53,160 nucleotides of DNA from Deferrisomatales bacterium (GTDB lineage: Bacteria > Desulfobacterota > Deferrisomatia > Deferrisomatales > JACRMM01), in NCBI GenBank assembly GCA_033551855.1, contig JAWSUI010000025.1, positions 1 to 53,160 of the forward strand. The letters are read 5' to 3'. Position numbers and translations under genes: made by a program. This document shows, piece after piece, positions 38,699 to 48,417 of this stretch (position 1 is the first letter of the stretch; each line of letters begins with the position of its first letter). The notes below the pieces were generated by a model, which ran no database searches, was not told where the DNA came from, and was given only the letters and a program-made list of their open reading frames with translations.

Positions 38699-39922
38699 GT
38701 GAACGGACGGCGTCCTCACTACGGCCACGTCATCGTAGCGGCCGGCGCCGCCATCCAGGCAGTCGGCGTGGGGACGTACGTCGCCTTCGGCGTCTTTTTC
38801 GGGCCGCTCCTCGCCGAGTTCGGGTGGTCCCGGGCCGTGCTTTCCGGGGCCCATTCCTCTGCGTTTCTCGTGGCGGGCGTCGTCGGCATACTGATCGGGA
38901 GGTTGAGCGACCGGTTCGGTCCTCGGCTCCTGATGACGGGGGCCGCCGCCCTGTTCGGCCTCGGGCTCGGACTCCTGTCGCAGGTTCGTGCGCCGTGGCA
39001 GCTGTACGTGTCCTACAGCCTCGTCTTCGGGATCGGATTGGGTGCGGTGGATGTGATTGCCCTCACCACCACCGCACGCTGGTTCGTGCGGCGGAGAGGG
39101 GCGATGACCGGCATCGTGAAGATGGGAACGGGCGCGGGACAGCTTGCCATGCCCCTGGTCGCAACCGCGCTCATCACCTCCCTGGGGTGGCGCCTGTCCT
39201 ATCTCATGCTGGGGGCGGCAGCAATGCTCCTGCTCGGGAGCGCCGCGCAGGTCCTGAGACGGGACCCGGCCGCGATGGGGCTGCTGCCCGATGCCGGGAT
39301 TCCCGAGGCTCGGACGGAAGCCGCTGCGCCGTCGGAAGGGGGCTCGAACTTCCGTCAGGCGCTCTGGACGCGGCAGCTCTGGACGATCCTCCTCGCCAAC
39401 CTGGCTGCCGTGTTCGCGTTGATGATCGTCATGCTCCACATCGTTCCCCACGCCATCGACCTAGGGGTCGCGGCTCCCGCGGCGGCGGGCCTCTTGTCGA
39501 CCATCGGCGGTGTCAGCATGCTCGGCCGGTTCACGGTGGGAAACGCCATCGATCGCATCGGAGCTCGGCGTTCCATGGTCGCGTGCTTCGCCCTCTTGAT
39601 TGGGGTGCTCCTGTGGCTGCAGGCGGCGCGGGAGCTCTGGATGCTCTATCTCTTCGCGGCCGCCTACGGGTTCACCCACGGCGGTTTCTTCACGCTGATC
39701 TCACCGATCGTGGCGGAGTACTTTGGGCTCCGCTCCCACGGGCTCCTGCTGGGCTTGCTGGTGTGCGCGGGAACGGTGGGTGGGTTCGCGGGCCCGCTCC
39801 TGGCCGGCCATATCTTCGACGTGACCGCGAGCTACCGCCTGGCCGTCTGGATGGGCACGGGGAGCGCCGCCGCCGGGCTCGCGCTGGTGCTGACCCTGGG
39901 GCCCGCCGAGCCCTGCGCCTGA
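38699..39922 (+). CDS. MFS transporter (OFA/monocarboxylate-like)
   Basis: About 12 TM helices, GRLSDRFGPR, WFVRRRG, GNAIDRIG; start uncertain. Confidence 0.88.
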   Translation: MNGRRPHYGHVIVAAGAAIQAVGVGTYVAFGVFFGPLLAEFGWSRAVLSGAHSSAFLVAGVVGILIGRLSDRFGPRLLMTGAAALFGLGLGLLSQVRAPWQLYVSYSLVFGIGLGAVDVIALTTTARWFVRRRGAMTGIVKMGTGAGQLAMPLVATALITSLGWRLSYLMLGAAAMLLLGSAAQVLRRDPAAMGLLPDAGIPEARTEAAAPSEGGSNFRQALWTRQLWTILLANLAAVFALMIVMLHIVPHAIDLGVAAPAAAGLLSTIGGVSMLGRFTVGNAIDRIGARRSMVACFALLIGVLLWLQAARELWMLYLFAAAYGFTHGGFFTLISPIVAEYFGLRSHGLLLGLLVCAGTVGGFAGPLLAGHIFDVTASYRLAVWMGTGSAAAGLALVLTLGPAEPCA

Positions 39923-39980
39923 CCCGGTTCCGCCTGACGGTCCCGGGTTGCGGCCGCGGGGGCCGGCCCCTTCTCCGCCC

Positions 39981-40370
39981 CTAACCGAGGCCCGGAGGTG
40001 GCCGGGACGGGTCAGTCGCCGCATTCCCCCCGAGGAGGGAGTCCCCTGCGGCCGTTCCGAGGAGCGCTTGGAGGCCCCACACCAGGGCGCTCCAGAGCCC
40101 TGGGATGGAGACGTCGACGGCCGATTGGTCCGGTGCGAGGCCCAGGGCGGCGGCGGCTGCCTGGTTGTGGACGGTGAAGCTGACGTCCAGCGACCAGAGC
40201 GCCGGAAGGTAGAAGCAGTCGAGTGCGGCGAAGACCGGTACCAGGAAGACGAGAGCCCGTCGCCGGGACGGGAGCCGTCCGAACCGCCGTGCCAGGGCAT
40301 AGGCCGTCGTGCCGACCAGCACGGCGTCCAGCATCTTTCCGAGGAGCAGGTTGACCAGCGCAACGGCCAC
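39981..40370 (-). CDS. Hypothetical membrane protein
   Basis: Three hydrophobic segments; GGAGG RBS; follows the RSH gene. Confidence 0.5.
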   Translation of the reverse strand: MAVALVNLLLGKMLDAVLVGTTAYALARRFGRLPSRRRALVFLVPVFAALDCFYLPALWSLDVSFTVHNQAAAAALGLAPDQSAVDVSIPGLWSALVWGLQALLGTAAGDSLLGGNAATDPSRPPPGLG

Positions 40371-40415
40371 CGCGTGCCTCCTCCGGTCGACTTCCGCGGG
40401 CCAGGAGCCGGGAGT

Positions 40416-42485
40416 TCAGACGACGGAGCGGAAGACCCGGATCTCCTCGACCAGGCCGTTCCTGCGAAGCGAGCGCAGCAGGCGGTTGAGGGTTCGGTCC
40501 GAGCCCGGGTCGAACTGGATGCTCAGGGTCCGGTCCCCTTGCCTCGGCAGCCGCAAGTTGCGCACTTCGAGGCTGAGCTCCTTGAACGGCGTGAGGAGCG
40601 AGTAGAGAATACCCGGGCCGTCGATCAGGCGAAGCTCCATCTCGACGGTGTCCACGTCCCGGGGAGTCCCCTTCTCTGCCCGATCCCAGGCCAGGGGGAT
40701 GCGGTGGGTGTCGGAGAGGAGCGGGCACTCCTGACGATGCACCAGGAGACGTCCTTCCTCCGGGACGCCCTGGATCTCGTCGCCTTCCAGGGGGACGCAG
40801 CGCGGACAGAACCGGATGTGGGGGTCCCCGAAATCGTAGCGCCGCACCCGGCGGCGCCCTTCCTCCCGGCCCCTCCACCGCCGGAGCAGGAAGCCCCCCG
40901 GGAGTCTGCGGCCGCGGTCTTCCGGGAGCCCCAGGATGCTGCCGATGTCCTCCTGCCCGAGGCAGATCCGCCGGTACAGCTCGTCCTCCGACAGACCGGT
41001 CGCCGAGCTGCGGCGGCGCAGCGGCTCCCCCGCCTGGGCGGGGTCCAGCCCCTGGTCGCCGGCAGCCTGCAGGAACCATTGACGGCCGGTGGCAATGGCC
41101 CGCTCCGCCTCTCTCCGGTTCATGGTCCGGCGCAGGCTGGCGAGGGCTCTCCGGGTGTGTGCCCACGTCAGGTATCGGTCGTCTGCAACCGTCTGGTCGG
41201 CGGCAACGATCTCCACCCGGTCGCCGGGGCGGAGAACCGTGGCGAGCTCGACCTCGTGGTTGTTGATCCGGGCGGCCAGAGCTCGCAACCCGAGCTGCTC
41301 GTGCACGGCGAACGCGTAGTCCAGGGCGGTCGCGCCCTCTTCGAGGCTGAACACGTCGCCCCGTGGGCTCGTGACCTGGATGGCGTCGGGCCTGTGGAAG
41401 CGCAGGAAGTCCTGGATGTCCATGTCCTCGTTCTGCAGGAACTCGCGCAGGTCGTCCATGTACTCCAGGTTGAACTGGGGGCTGGTGATGTCCATGGACA
41501 GCAGCCCGAGGCGGTTGAAGCGGTCCGCCGTCCGACTGGCCAGGTAGAAGCTCACGATACGACCCTGGTAGGAGACGCGGGTCTCGATGGAACGGAAGCC
41601 GTTCTTCAGGGGAACGCTCAGGGTGTCGGCAAAGGTGCCGGGCAGCGCCGGAAACGCCAGGTGTATGCGGCCCAGGGCCCGGTAGGCGTCCTCGCCGGTT
41701 TCCGTGACCAGACGCACCGTGAACAGGTTCTCGGGCGCGGGGGGGAGATCGGGCCGGAAGCGGGTCCAGCGGTGCTCGACCCGGACTCCCAGGTCCCCGG
41801 GGAACAGGTCCGCCAGTTTCGTCCGGAGCTCCTCCATGGGCCGTGTCCAGCCCTCCTTGAGGTCCAGCTGGGCGCGCTGGAAGATGGCGAACTTCTCGGG
41901 CGTCAGGATCGGGCCGATCTTCTCCGTCAGGCGCTCGGCGAGGTCGAGCATGCACAGGCGCCGGCAGATGTTGGCGTACATCTCCGCGCTTTCTCGGGCG
42001 ATCCGGAGCTGCTTGTCTCGCTTGAAGACGGTGAGGCTCTCCAGGTTGTCGAGGCGGTCGGCGAGCTTTACCAAGAGCACGCGGATGTCTTGCAGCACGA
42101 ACCGGAAGAGCTTCTGGTAGGTGTGGACCCGGCTGTCCTTGATCTTGGTCAGTGCGAGGACGAGCTCGGCGGCCTCCGGAAACTCGGCCTGGAGCTGGGG
42201 GTAGGAGTAGGAAGTGTCCTCCAGCGTGTCGTGGAGCAGGCTCGCCTCCACCGAGGCCCAGTCGATGATCCGTCCGAACCGGCTCACCTCCATGGCGGTG
42301 CGCACCGTATGCCAGATGTACTCCTCGCCTGTTTGGCGCCGTTGCCCCGCGTGGAACTCGTCGGCTCGCGCCAGGGCCCGGTCCAGGCGCTCGGAGAGTA
42401 CCCCGACCTCGGCATCGTCCACTTCGTGGTGGATGATGTACTGACTGAGGATCTGTTCCTTTTCCCGGGCAAAGCGGTCCGACAC
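40416..42485 (-). CDS. Long RelA/SpoT homologue (HD-pseudoSYNTH-TGS-ZFD-ACT), predicted hydrolase-only
   Basis: HAGQRR..GEEY, LLHDTLED, KLADRLDN; TGS GATALDYAFAVH; CPRCVP...HRQEC; ACT-like end. Confidence 0.85.
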   Translation of the reverse strand: MSDRFAREKEQILSQYIIHHEVDDAEVGVLSERLDRALARADEFHAGQRRQTGEEYIWHTVRTAMEVSRFGRIIDWASVEASLLHDTLEDTSYSYPQLQAEFPEAAELVLALTKIKDSRVHTYQKLFRFVLQDIRVLLVKLADRLDNLESLTVFKRDKQLRIARESAEMYANICRRLCMLDLAERLTEKIGPILTPEKFAIFQRAQLDLKEGWTRPMEELRTKLADLFPGDLGVRVEHRWTRFRPDLPPAPENLFTVRLVTETGEDAYRALGRIHLAFPALPGTFADTLSVPLKNGFRSIETRVSYQGRIVSFYLASRTADRFNRLGLLSMDITSPQFNLEYMDDLREFLQNEDMDIQDFLRFHRPDAIQVTSPRGDVFSLEEGATALDYAFAVHEQLGLRALAARINNHEVELATVLRPGDRVEIVAADQTVADDRYLTWAHTRRALASLRRTMNRREAERAIATGRQWFLQAAGDQGLDPAQAGEPLRRRSSATGLSEDELYRRICLGQEDIGSILGLPEDRGRRLPGGFLLRRWRGREEGRRRVRRYDFGDPHIRFCPRCVPLEGDEIQGVPEEGRLLVHRQECPLLSDTHRIPLAWDRAEKGTPRDVDTVEMELRLIDGPGILYSLLTPFKELSLEVRNLRLPRQGDRTLSIQFDPGSDRTLNRLLRSLRRNGLVEEIRVFRSVV

Positions 42486-42539
42486 GCTCAGGTCTCTCCG
42501 GGGGCGCGGGTTCGGGTGGCTGCGCCGCTTCGGCGCAGA

Positions 42540-43436
42540 CTATACCGTTTTTTCGGGGAACGGTAGGGCAAAGCCTCCGGGCCGAAGGGCGGTCCGGCCC
42601 GCGATCTCTCGGGCCGCGTGCAGGGCGGTGCGCCCCGACCGGATCCCCCGGGCCATCGCCCAGCGCAGCGCCTCGGCTTCCCACCCGGCGGGCGCCGGAG
42701 TCATCAGGCAGGCCAGGTGGCGGCGCACCGCTTCCAGGTAGGTGGGCTCGTCGAAGGGGTAGAACCCCAGGGAAAGGCCGAAACGGTCGGCCAGGCTCAC
42801 GGTCTCGGCCACCGACTCCTCGGGGTGGATCTCCCCGTCCGGGGGAAATGCCTCGGGAACCAGGTGGCGGCGGTTGGAGGTGGCTACCACCAGGGTGTTG
42901 GGCGGCCTTCCTTCGAGCCCCCCCTCCAGCAAGACCTTGAGCTCTCGATACCTCGACCCGAGACGCCCGAAGGAGAGATCGTCCAGATAGAGGACCCAGC
43001 GCCGGGAGTCCGAGCCGAGGGCGTCGAGGACCCGGGGAAGATCGCGGGCGCGCTGCTCCGGCACCTCGAGGAGCGCCAGCGGTTCCCGGGGCAGTGCGGC
43101 CGTCAGGGAGCACACCAGCGAGGACTTCCCCGTGCCGCGATCCCCCCACAAGAGCACGTCGTGGGCCGGGAGCCCCCGTGCGAACCGCAGCGCATTGGCA
43201 TAGAAAGACGTGCGCTGTCGATCGATGCCGGTGAGCACATCCGGGCCCACCGGCGCAGGGCGGCGCACGGCGCGAAAGCCCCGGGGCCCGTCCCAGACGA
43301 AGGCCCTCCCGTCAAGCGCGGGCGGGTCGGGCACGGTGGCGCGTTGCCGGCCCTCCCCGAGGCTCCCCTCGATCCCCCGGGCGATACGGTCGAGGCGGGT
43401 GAGCAGGGAGGCCAGGAGGGCTCGCTCTTCCTTCAA
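42540..43436 (-). CDS. DUF815-family AAA+ ATPase
   Basis: LLWGDRGTGKSS, LYLDDLSF, ATSNRRHL, SLADRFG, RSGRTA. Confidence 0.88.
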   Translation of the reverse strand: MKEERALLASLLTRLDRIARGIEGSLGEGRQRATVPDPPALDGRAFVWDGPRGFRAVRRPAPVGPDVLTGIDRQRTSFYANALRFARGLPAHDVLLWGDRGTGKSSLVCSLTAALPREPLALLEVPEQRARDLPRVLDALGSDSRRWVLYLDDLSFGRLGSRYRELKVLLEGGLEGRPPNTLVVATSNRRHLVPEAFPPDGEIHPEESVAETVSLADRFGLSLGFYPFDEPTYLEAVRRHLACLMTPAPAGWEAEALRWAMARGIRSGRTALHAAREIAGRTALRPGGFALPFPEKTV

Positions 43437-45259
43437 GGCCGGGGACTCTCCGTCAAGAACTTCTGGCGCTGGCCCAAATAGTATCCCCGGTTTTCGGGGT
43501 TTCGTGCGAGCGCCTCGTCGATGGCCTCCAGCGCCCCTTGCCGGTCGTAGGTCCGCCAGCGGGCTTCCGCCAGTGTGTCCAGGATATAAGGGCTCCGAGA
43601 GGTTGCTGCGGCCAGCTCCGCCAGGGCCAGGGCGCGTTCCGGTCGATACCGGCCCGGCTCCCGGGAGGTGACGTACAGCCAGGCCAGGTTGTTGAGGGCC
43701 TGCGGGTGGCGGGGAGAGAGCCGGAGAGCCTCCAGGTAGGCGCTCTCGGCTTGACTCTCCTTCCCCACTTCCTGATAGAGGCTGCCCAGGAGGAACCAGG
43801 AGGAGGCGTCTTCGGGAGCCTGCGATACCCGGTGCAGGAGGCCCCGCTCGGCTACGAAGCGCTGGAGGCCCCGGTCCAGGGGGTCCGTGTGGAGCGCCAC
43901 CGCGAGGCCCGCAGCGCCCAGGGTACCGAGGACGAACAGGGCCGTCAGGCGCCGTACGCGCCGGTGGTGGGCCTCCAGAAGCCGGGGGTTGCGGGCCGCC
44001 GAGAGGAGGAAATCGACCCGCTCCGCGATGGAGCCGTGATGCCAGGAGGGAAGGTCACGAATGTCGCCGGAGTGGAAACTGACGCGCTCCAGGGCCGAAA
44101 CGAGAGGGCCGGGGCGGCCCGTGGCCTCCAGGGCGTACGCGTCCGCTTGGCGTTCGAAAGCCCGGCTCACCGCGCCGAAGAGGAGGCGGAAATACGCGAA
44201 GAGCAGGGCCAGGAGCCCGACCGTCATGGCCGCCGAGGTGTACAGGCTCGCCTGGGGCTGCCGCAAGACTTCGGGGGATGCGGTCCCCCACCACGCAAAG
44301 GCCGCCTCCGATATTCGGAAGAAGATGGCCGCCAGGCACACGTAGCCGACGAAGAAGAGAAGGTAGAACCAGAGGTGCCGGTGGCGCACGTGGCCGGTCT
44401 CGTGGGCCACCACGCCTTCGATTTCCTCCGGAGACAGGAGCTCCACCAGGGCCGGTGTCAGGAGGAGGTATCGGAAGTGCGGCAGGAGCCCGACGATGCC
44501 GGCCGTCATCACCCGCCCCTCCAGCAGGGGCCAGTACAAGAACTCCCGGACCTGCAGCCCCAGCCTGGCGCACAGGCCCTCCAGGCGGTCGCGCAGGGGG
44601 CCCGGTGGCACGGGCTCGCACCCCCACATGACCTTGACGAGCACCGGAAGAAAGATGCCGACCAGCACCAGGAACACCGGTGCATAGAGGAGCTGCAGGA
44701 GGGGGTTTCCCTCCAGAGCGGCGTATCCCGCCGGCCAGAGCTCCGCCAGGACGTCCAGGAGGCCCATCAACGCCAGCCACGGGACCAGGACCGGGAATTC
44801 CATGCGCCCGTGGGAGCGGACGAACCCTGCCCGGGTCCCGCTGCGCCCGAACAGGACTCCCTGGAGGGGGTACGACTCCCACCACAGCACGCAAAGCAGA
44901 AGGATGAAGGGCAGCACGCCGGCAGCGCTGCCGAGTACCGCTGAGTGCGCCCCGAGAGGCCGGGAAACGAGGCCCGGGTAGTGGGTCGCGTACTGCAGGA
45001 GGGCGAAGGGGACCAGCATCACCCCCTGATACGCTTGAACCGTGCCGGAGAAACCGGCCCGGAGCTCCCGCGCGGCCGTCTCGTTGTGGAGTGCACGGGC
45101 CATGAGGCCCCGGAAGCGGATGCGCAGGGCGGCCCAGGCAGCTAGGGGGTACAGGACTTGGTGAGCGACCTCCACGGCGCTCCAGGAGGGTTCGACGCTC
45201 CGCGGCGCGAGGGCCTGGATGGCGATGGCGATCAGAAAGACGAGGACACTGCCGTACAT
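43433..45259 (-). CDS. M48 family membrane metalloprotease with C-terminal TPR
   Basis: Multiple TMs, HETGH, ERQAD, HHGSIAERV, ALNNLAW TPR. Confidence 0.88.
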   Translation of the reverse strand: MYGSVLVFLIAIAIQALAPRSVEPSWSAVEVAHQVLYPLAAWAALRIRFRGLMARALHNETAARELRAGFSGTVQAYQGVMLVPFALLQYATHYPGLVSRPLGAHSAVLGSAAGVLPFILLLCVLWWESYPLQGVLFGRSGTRAGFVRSHGRMEFPVLVPWLALMGLLDVLAELWPAGYAALEGNPLLQLLYAPVFLVLVGIFLPVLVKVMWGCEPVPPGPLRDRLEGLCARLGLQVREFLYWPLLEGRVMTAGIVGLLPHFRYLLLTPALVELLSPEEIEGVVAHETGHVRHRHLWFYLLFFVGYVCLAAIFFRISEAAFAWWGTASPEVLRQPQASLYTSAAMTVGLLALLFAYFRLLFGAVSRAFERQADAYALEATGRPGPLVSALERVSFHSGDIRDLPSWHHGSIAERVDFLLSAARNPRLLEAHHRRVRRLTALFVLGTLGAAGLAVALHTDPLDRGLQRFVAERGLLHRVSQAPEDASSWFLLGSLYQEVGKESQAESAYLEALRLSPRHPQALNNLAWLYVTSREPGRYRPERALALAELAAATSRSPYILDTLAEARWRTYDRQGALEAIDEALARNPENRGYYLGQRQKFLTESPRP

Positions 45260-45500
45260 GGCCCCTCGGAGGCTCAGGCGGATCAGGCCCGCATTCTATC
45301 GCAAAAGGCGCGGGTCTGCTCGGCACCGGCAGACCCGGATTCCCAGATTCGGAGGGGAGCGGGGGTGGGGTGCGGCGGGATCGTTCCTGCGGTTGTGTGG
45401 CAGCGCCGGCCCTGCCGAACACGGGAGGGGGAACCACGTGGTGAGGGAACCGGCCGCCTTGGCCCTTCATTCCTCGGGGTTGCCGAAGGTCATGGGCCCC

Positions 45501-46127
45501 TCAGTAGGAGTCCTCCCGGCCCCTCGCAGGGCCGGCCGCTTCCCGGAGGAGGTACGCGGTCTCGGCCAGGAGGGGGGAAAGGAAGCGGTACAGCCCGAAG
45601 ACGACGTCCGCATTGTCGCTACCCCCCAAGCCGGCCTGGCACAGGAAGTGATCGATGAACGTGATCAGAGGTTTGGTGCCCTGCGCACTTCTGGCGGCCT
45701 GGGCGTACTGGACGTGCCGCGCCTGGAGAAAATCCCAGTACTCCCGAGGGCTCAGGAGGTTGCCTGGATCGCCGTGGGTGTAGGTGCTGGCGGCAACGGA
45801 CTGCAGGAACAGGGATCGCCGCTTCTCCGTCATGGGGATGCCGGAGGAGAGCACCTTCATGAGCGTGAAGTAGAATGCCGCGACCTCAGGGAGTGAGAGG
45901 TTGGGCGCCGGCATCCCCGAGAGATCGGCAACGGCTGCCAGGGAGTCGTGGAACCGACGGCGCACGGGCTCCCAGGTGTGGGAAACCACGGTCTCGATGG
46001 CGGGCCGTATCGGGTCCCACAGGATCGGGAGAAAGGTCCCGGTCCCAGGCGGACGCGCCAAGAGGCCCGAGGTGCCCGATCCGCTCGATGCTCTTCCGGC
46101 GGTGGCCGGCGTGCCCTGGGCTCCCAT
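45501..46127 (-). CDS. Hypothetical protein
   Basis: AGGAGG RBS before ATG 46127; protein-like composition; no recognised family. Confidence 0.55.
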   Translation of the reverse strand: MGAQGTPATAGRASSGSGTSGLLARPPGTGTFLPILWDPIRPAIETVVSHTWEPVRRRFHDSLAAVADLSGMPAPNLSLPEVAAFYFTLMKVLSSGIPMTEKRRSLFLQSVAASTYTHGDPGNLLSPREYWDFLQARHVQYAQAARSAQGTKPLITFIDHFLCQAGLGGSDNADVVFGLYRFLSPLLAETAYLLREAAGPARGREDSY

Positions 46128-46357
46128 GGGGGTGAAACCTCCTCTCCCTCTCGGCGGTGTTGTCGCGGAACGCAGCGGTCCCGGTCTGAACGGGGCGGAA
46201 CCGTCCTGTGGTCCGGATACCATCGGGTGTCCGGCTGGGGAACTTGAGGCTCTCCCGGCAAACCGCCGGGTGGCCCCGTCCACGTCGATGGGCTGGAGTG
46301 GGGTCGCGTCGTTCGCTCATCCGCGCCTTGCACCCGGGTCTGCTCCCGGCGATTCTT

Positions 46358-47050
46358 TCACGGGCTCTCGGGGGCTGCAGCCTGGTCGGCTTCTCCTCTC
46401 AGGAGGCCGAGCACGTCCCGAGGTCTCTCGACCAGGATCGACGCGCCCCCTTCCCGCAACTCCTGTGCGGGGCGGAAGCCCCACAGGACGCCTACGGCCT
46501 GCATCCCGGCAGACCGCGCCGTGCGCATGTCGGTGGGGGTGTCCCCCAGGTAGAGGACCTCCCGGGGGGTGAGGCCGAGGAGGTCGGCCACCTCCAAGGC
46601 ACCCGCCGGGTCGGGCTTCTTCGGGACGTCGGCTCGGGCGCCGAGCACTGCAGCGAAGCGCCACCGGGGCAGCAGAAGCTTCGTGACTGCCACGGTGGCG
46701 TCATGGGGTTTGTTGGAGAGGATCCCGAAGGGGAGGCCGCGCTCCGCCAAGGCGTCCAAGAGCTCGGGGATCCCAGGGTAGGGGCGGGTCTTGCGGGTGC
46801 AGCGGCGGTCGTACTCCACGCGCAGGGCGGAGAGGGCCGACGCGAAGGTGCGGTCGTCCCACCCGGCGTCGGGAAGGGCGCGGCGGACGAGCACCTCCAT
46901 CCCCTCCCCGACGAAGTAACGATACGCGTCCAAGGGGTGCCGCGGCATGCCCAGGTCGCCGAGAACCTGGTTCATCGCGTCGGCGAGGTCCTCGAGGCTG
47001 TCCAGGAGCGTTCCGTCCAGGTCGAACAGTACGGCTCGGGCTCGGCTCAG
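46358..47050 (-). CDS. HAD-superfamily phosphatase (phosphoglycolate phosphatase-like); start uncertain
   Basis: FDLDGTLLDS, LSNK, KKPDP, YLGDTPTDM, GVLWGF. Confidence 0.88.
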   Translation of the reverse strand: MSRARAVLFDLDGTLLDSLEDLADAMNQVLGDLGMPRHPLDAYRYFVGEGMEVLVRRALPDAGWDDRTFASALSALRVEYDRRCTRKTRPYPGIPELLDALAERGLPFGILSNKPHDATVAVTKLLLPRWRFAAVLGARADVPKKPDPAGALEVADLLGLTPREVLYLGDTPTDMRTARSAGMQAVGVLWGFRPAQELREGGASILVERPRDVLGLLRGEADQAAAPESP

Positions 47051-47067
47051 GGCGCCGTCTCCTTTCC

Positions 47068-47278
47068 GGTTCTTCCGGTAAACGACCGGGTGGGCCCGCC
47101 CCCTTCGGCGGACGACGCCGGACGATACGGTAGGTGCGCTCCCGCGCCGCATCGGGATTCCTTGCGGCATCGCGGCTCCCGAAACGGCTGCTCCTGTCGA
47201 GCGGCCGTCCGCCTGCGTGGCCGGGCCCACCCGGTCGTCTCCAAACACGAGTACGCGGTCATCTTTTCCGGATGAACA
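47068..47278. mobile_element. MITE copy 2 (211 bp), ISL3-like ends
   Basis: About 88-90% identical to copy 1 by manual alignment; flanks TCCTTTCC (47060-47067) and TCCTGTCC (47279-47286), 7/8 match. Confidence 0.82.
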
Positions 47279-47538
47279 TCCTGTCCCGACGCGGATGCCG
47301 CGTGCCGCCCGGCCGCGTTCTCTGCTCCACCGGGAGGAAGCGGAGGAGTGCCCCAGTGTGCCAGGACGGGGCCGCCCATGCCAAGAGCGAGGTATCCAGC
47401 GGCCCGGCTGCCAAAGCACGCGAGGTGAGGGCTCTCGGGGACGGTCCCTTCGAACCCTCACGAATTACAGCGCTTTTCAAGCTCCGAGATTCGGCGCCCC
47501 CTCCCTGGGGCGCAACGCAGGCTGTTTGTCAACACCTG

Positions 47539-48324
47539 CTAAAACTCGAAGGAGAGGGAGGTGAGGGTCCACACCTCCCTGTCCGCGGTGTTGATCGCGT
47601 CGTCGAGGGGAATGGTGTAGACGAGAGCGTTCGAAAGGGAGAACCCGTGCCCGAGGTCGACGTCCACGCCCAGTTGGAAGTTGGCGTCGCTGAATCCTTT
47701 GAAGGCGTCGCCGTCCTCGTCGGTGTAGAAGGCCGTTTCGGGGTCGTCCTCGGTGTAGCTCATGTAGCCCACGTTGGCCCCCAGATTGACGGTGACGGCT
47801 TCGGAGAGGGCCCGGGAGTACCCCAGCCCCAGGTTCGCATAGATCCCCTTGCCGTTGTCGTAGTCGTAGTAGACGGTCAAGTCCGTGGAGAGGTTCGCGG
47901 GCAGTCCGACGCTCACCCCGAGGAAGATCTCCTTCGTGTCGTTGACGTCACTGCGCTTCGGGCCCCGCGCCGTGGGGAAGTGGTAGTAGATGTGTCCCAA
48001 GGAGAGCGACACCCTGTCACTCAACGCATAGTCCAGGGCCAGGGTGTAGTCCACCTCGTCCCACTCGTTGGCGCTGTCGGGTTCCGAGACCCCGTACGAC
48101 GCCCACACGTTGAAGGAGAGGGTGAGGGCGTCGGCCGGGGTGAGCGAGACCGTTGCCGAAGGCTGAAAGGCAGGACGGTTGTCCTCCACCAGGTCGTAGC
48201 CTCGCCAGATGTAGCGGCTGGCGTAGTCGGCGCCGAGCCCGAGAGTCACGGGGCCCAGGGCCCAGGCGGGTCCTGCTGCCAGCAAGGCGAGCAGCAGGGC
48301 GGGGAGAGTCCACTTCTTCAACAT
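47539..48324 (-). CDS. TorF/Gcw_chp-like putative outer-membrane porin
   Basis: Signal peptide, SRYIWRG...PAFQ, EVDY, YYHFP, terminal Phe; downstream of amt. Confidence 0.7.
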   Translation of the reverse strand: MLKKWTLPALLLALLAAGPAWALGPVTLGLGADYASRYIWRGYDLVEDNRPAFQPSATVSLTPADALTLSFNVWASYGVSEPDSANEWDEVDYTLALDYALSDRVSLSLGHIYYHFPTARGPKRSDVNDTKEIFLGVSVGLPANLSTDLTVYYDYDNGKGIYANLGLGYSRALSEAVTVNLGANVGYMSYTEDDPETAFYTDEDGDAFKGFSDANFQLGVDVDLGHGFSLSNALVYTIPLDDAINTADREVWTLTSLSFEF

Positions 48325-48417
48325 CGTTTCCTCCTCTCACGGTCGGGGAAAGGGCCGGGACCGGCCGGTGGGGCCGCCCAGGCGTCCGGTGGGCCGGCAC
48401 GAGGCGTGCGCGGCCGT

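Noticed and set aside
34823..47278. The two 210-bp repeats as a DGR TR/VR pair or an ileS T-box
   Set aside because: Differences are not adenine-specific, neither copy is at a CDS 3' end, there is no T-box consensus, and TIRs plus TSDs explain them as a MITE
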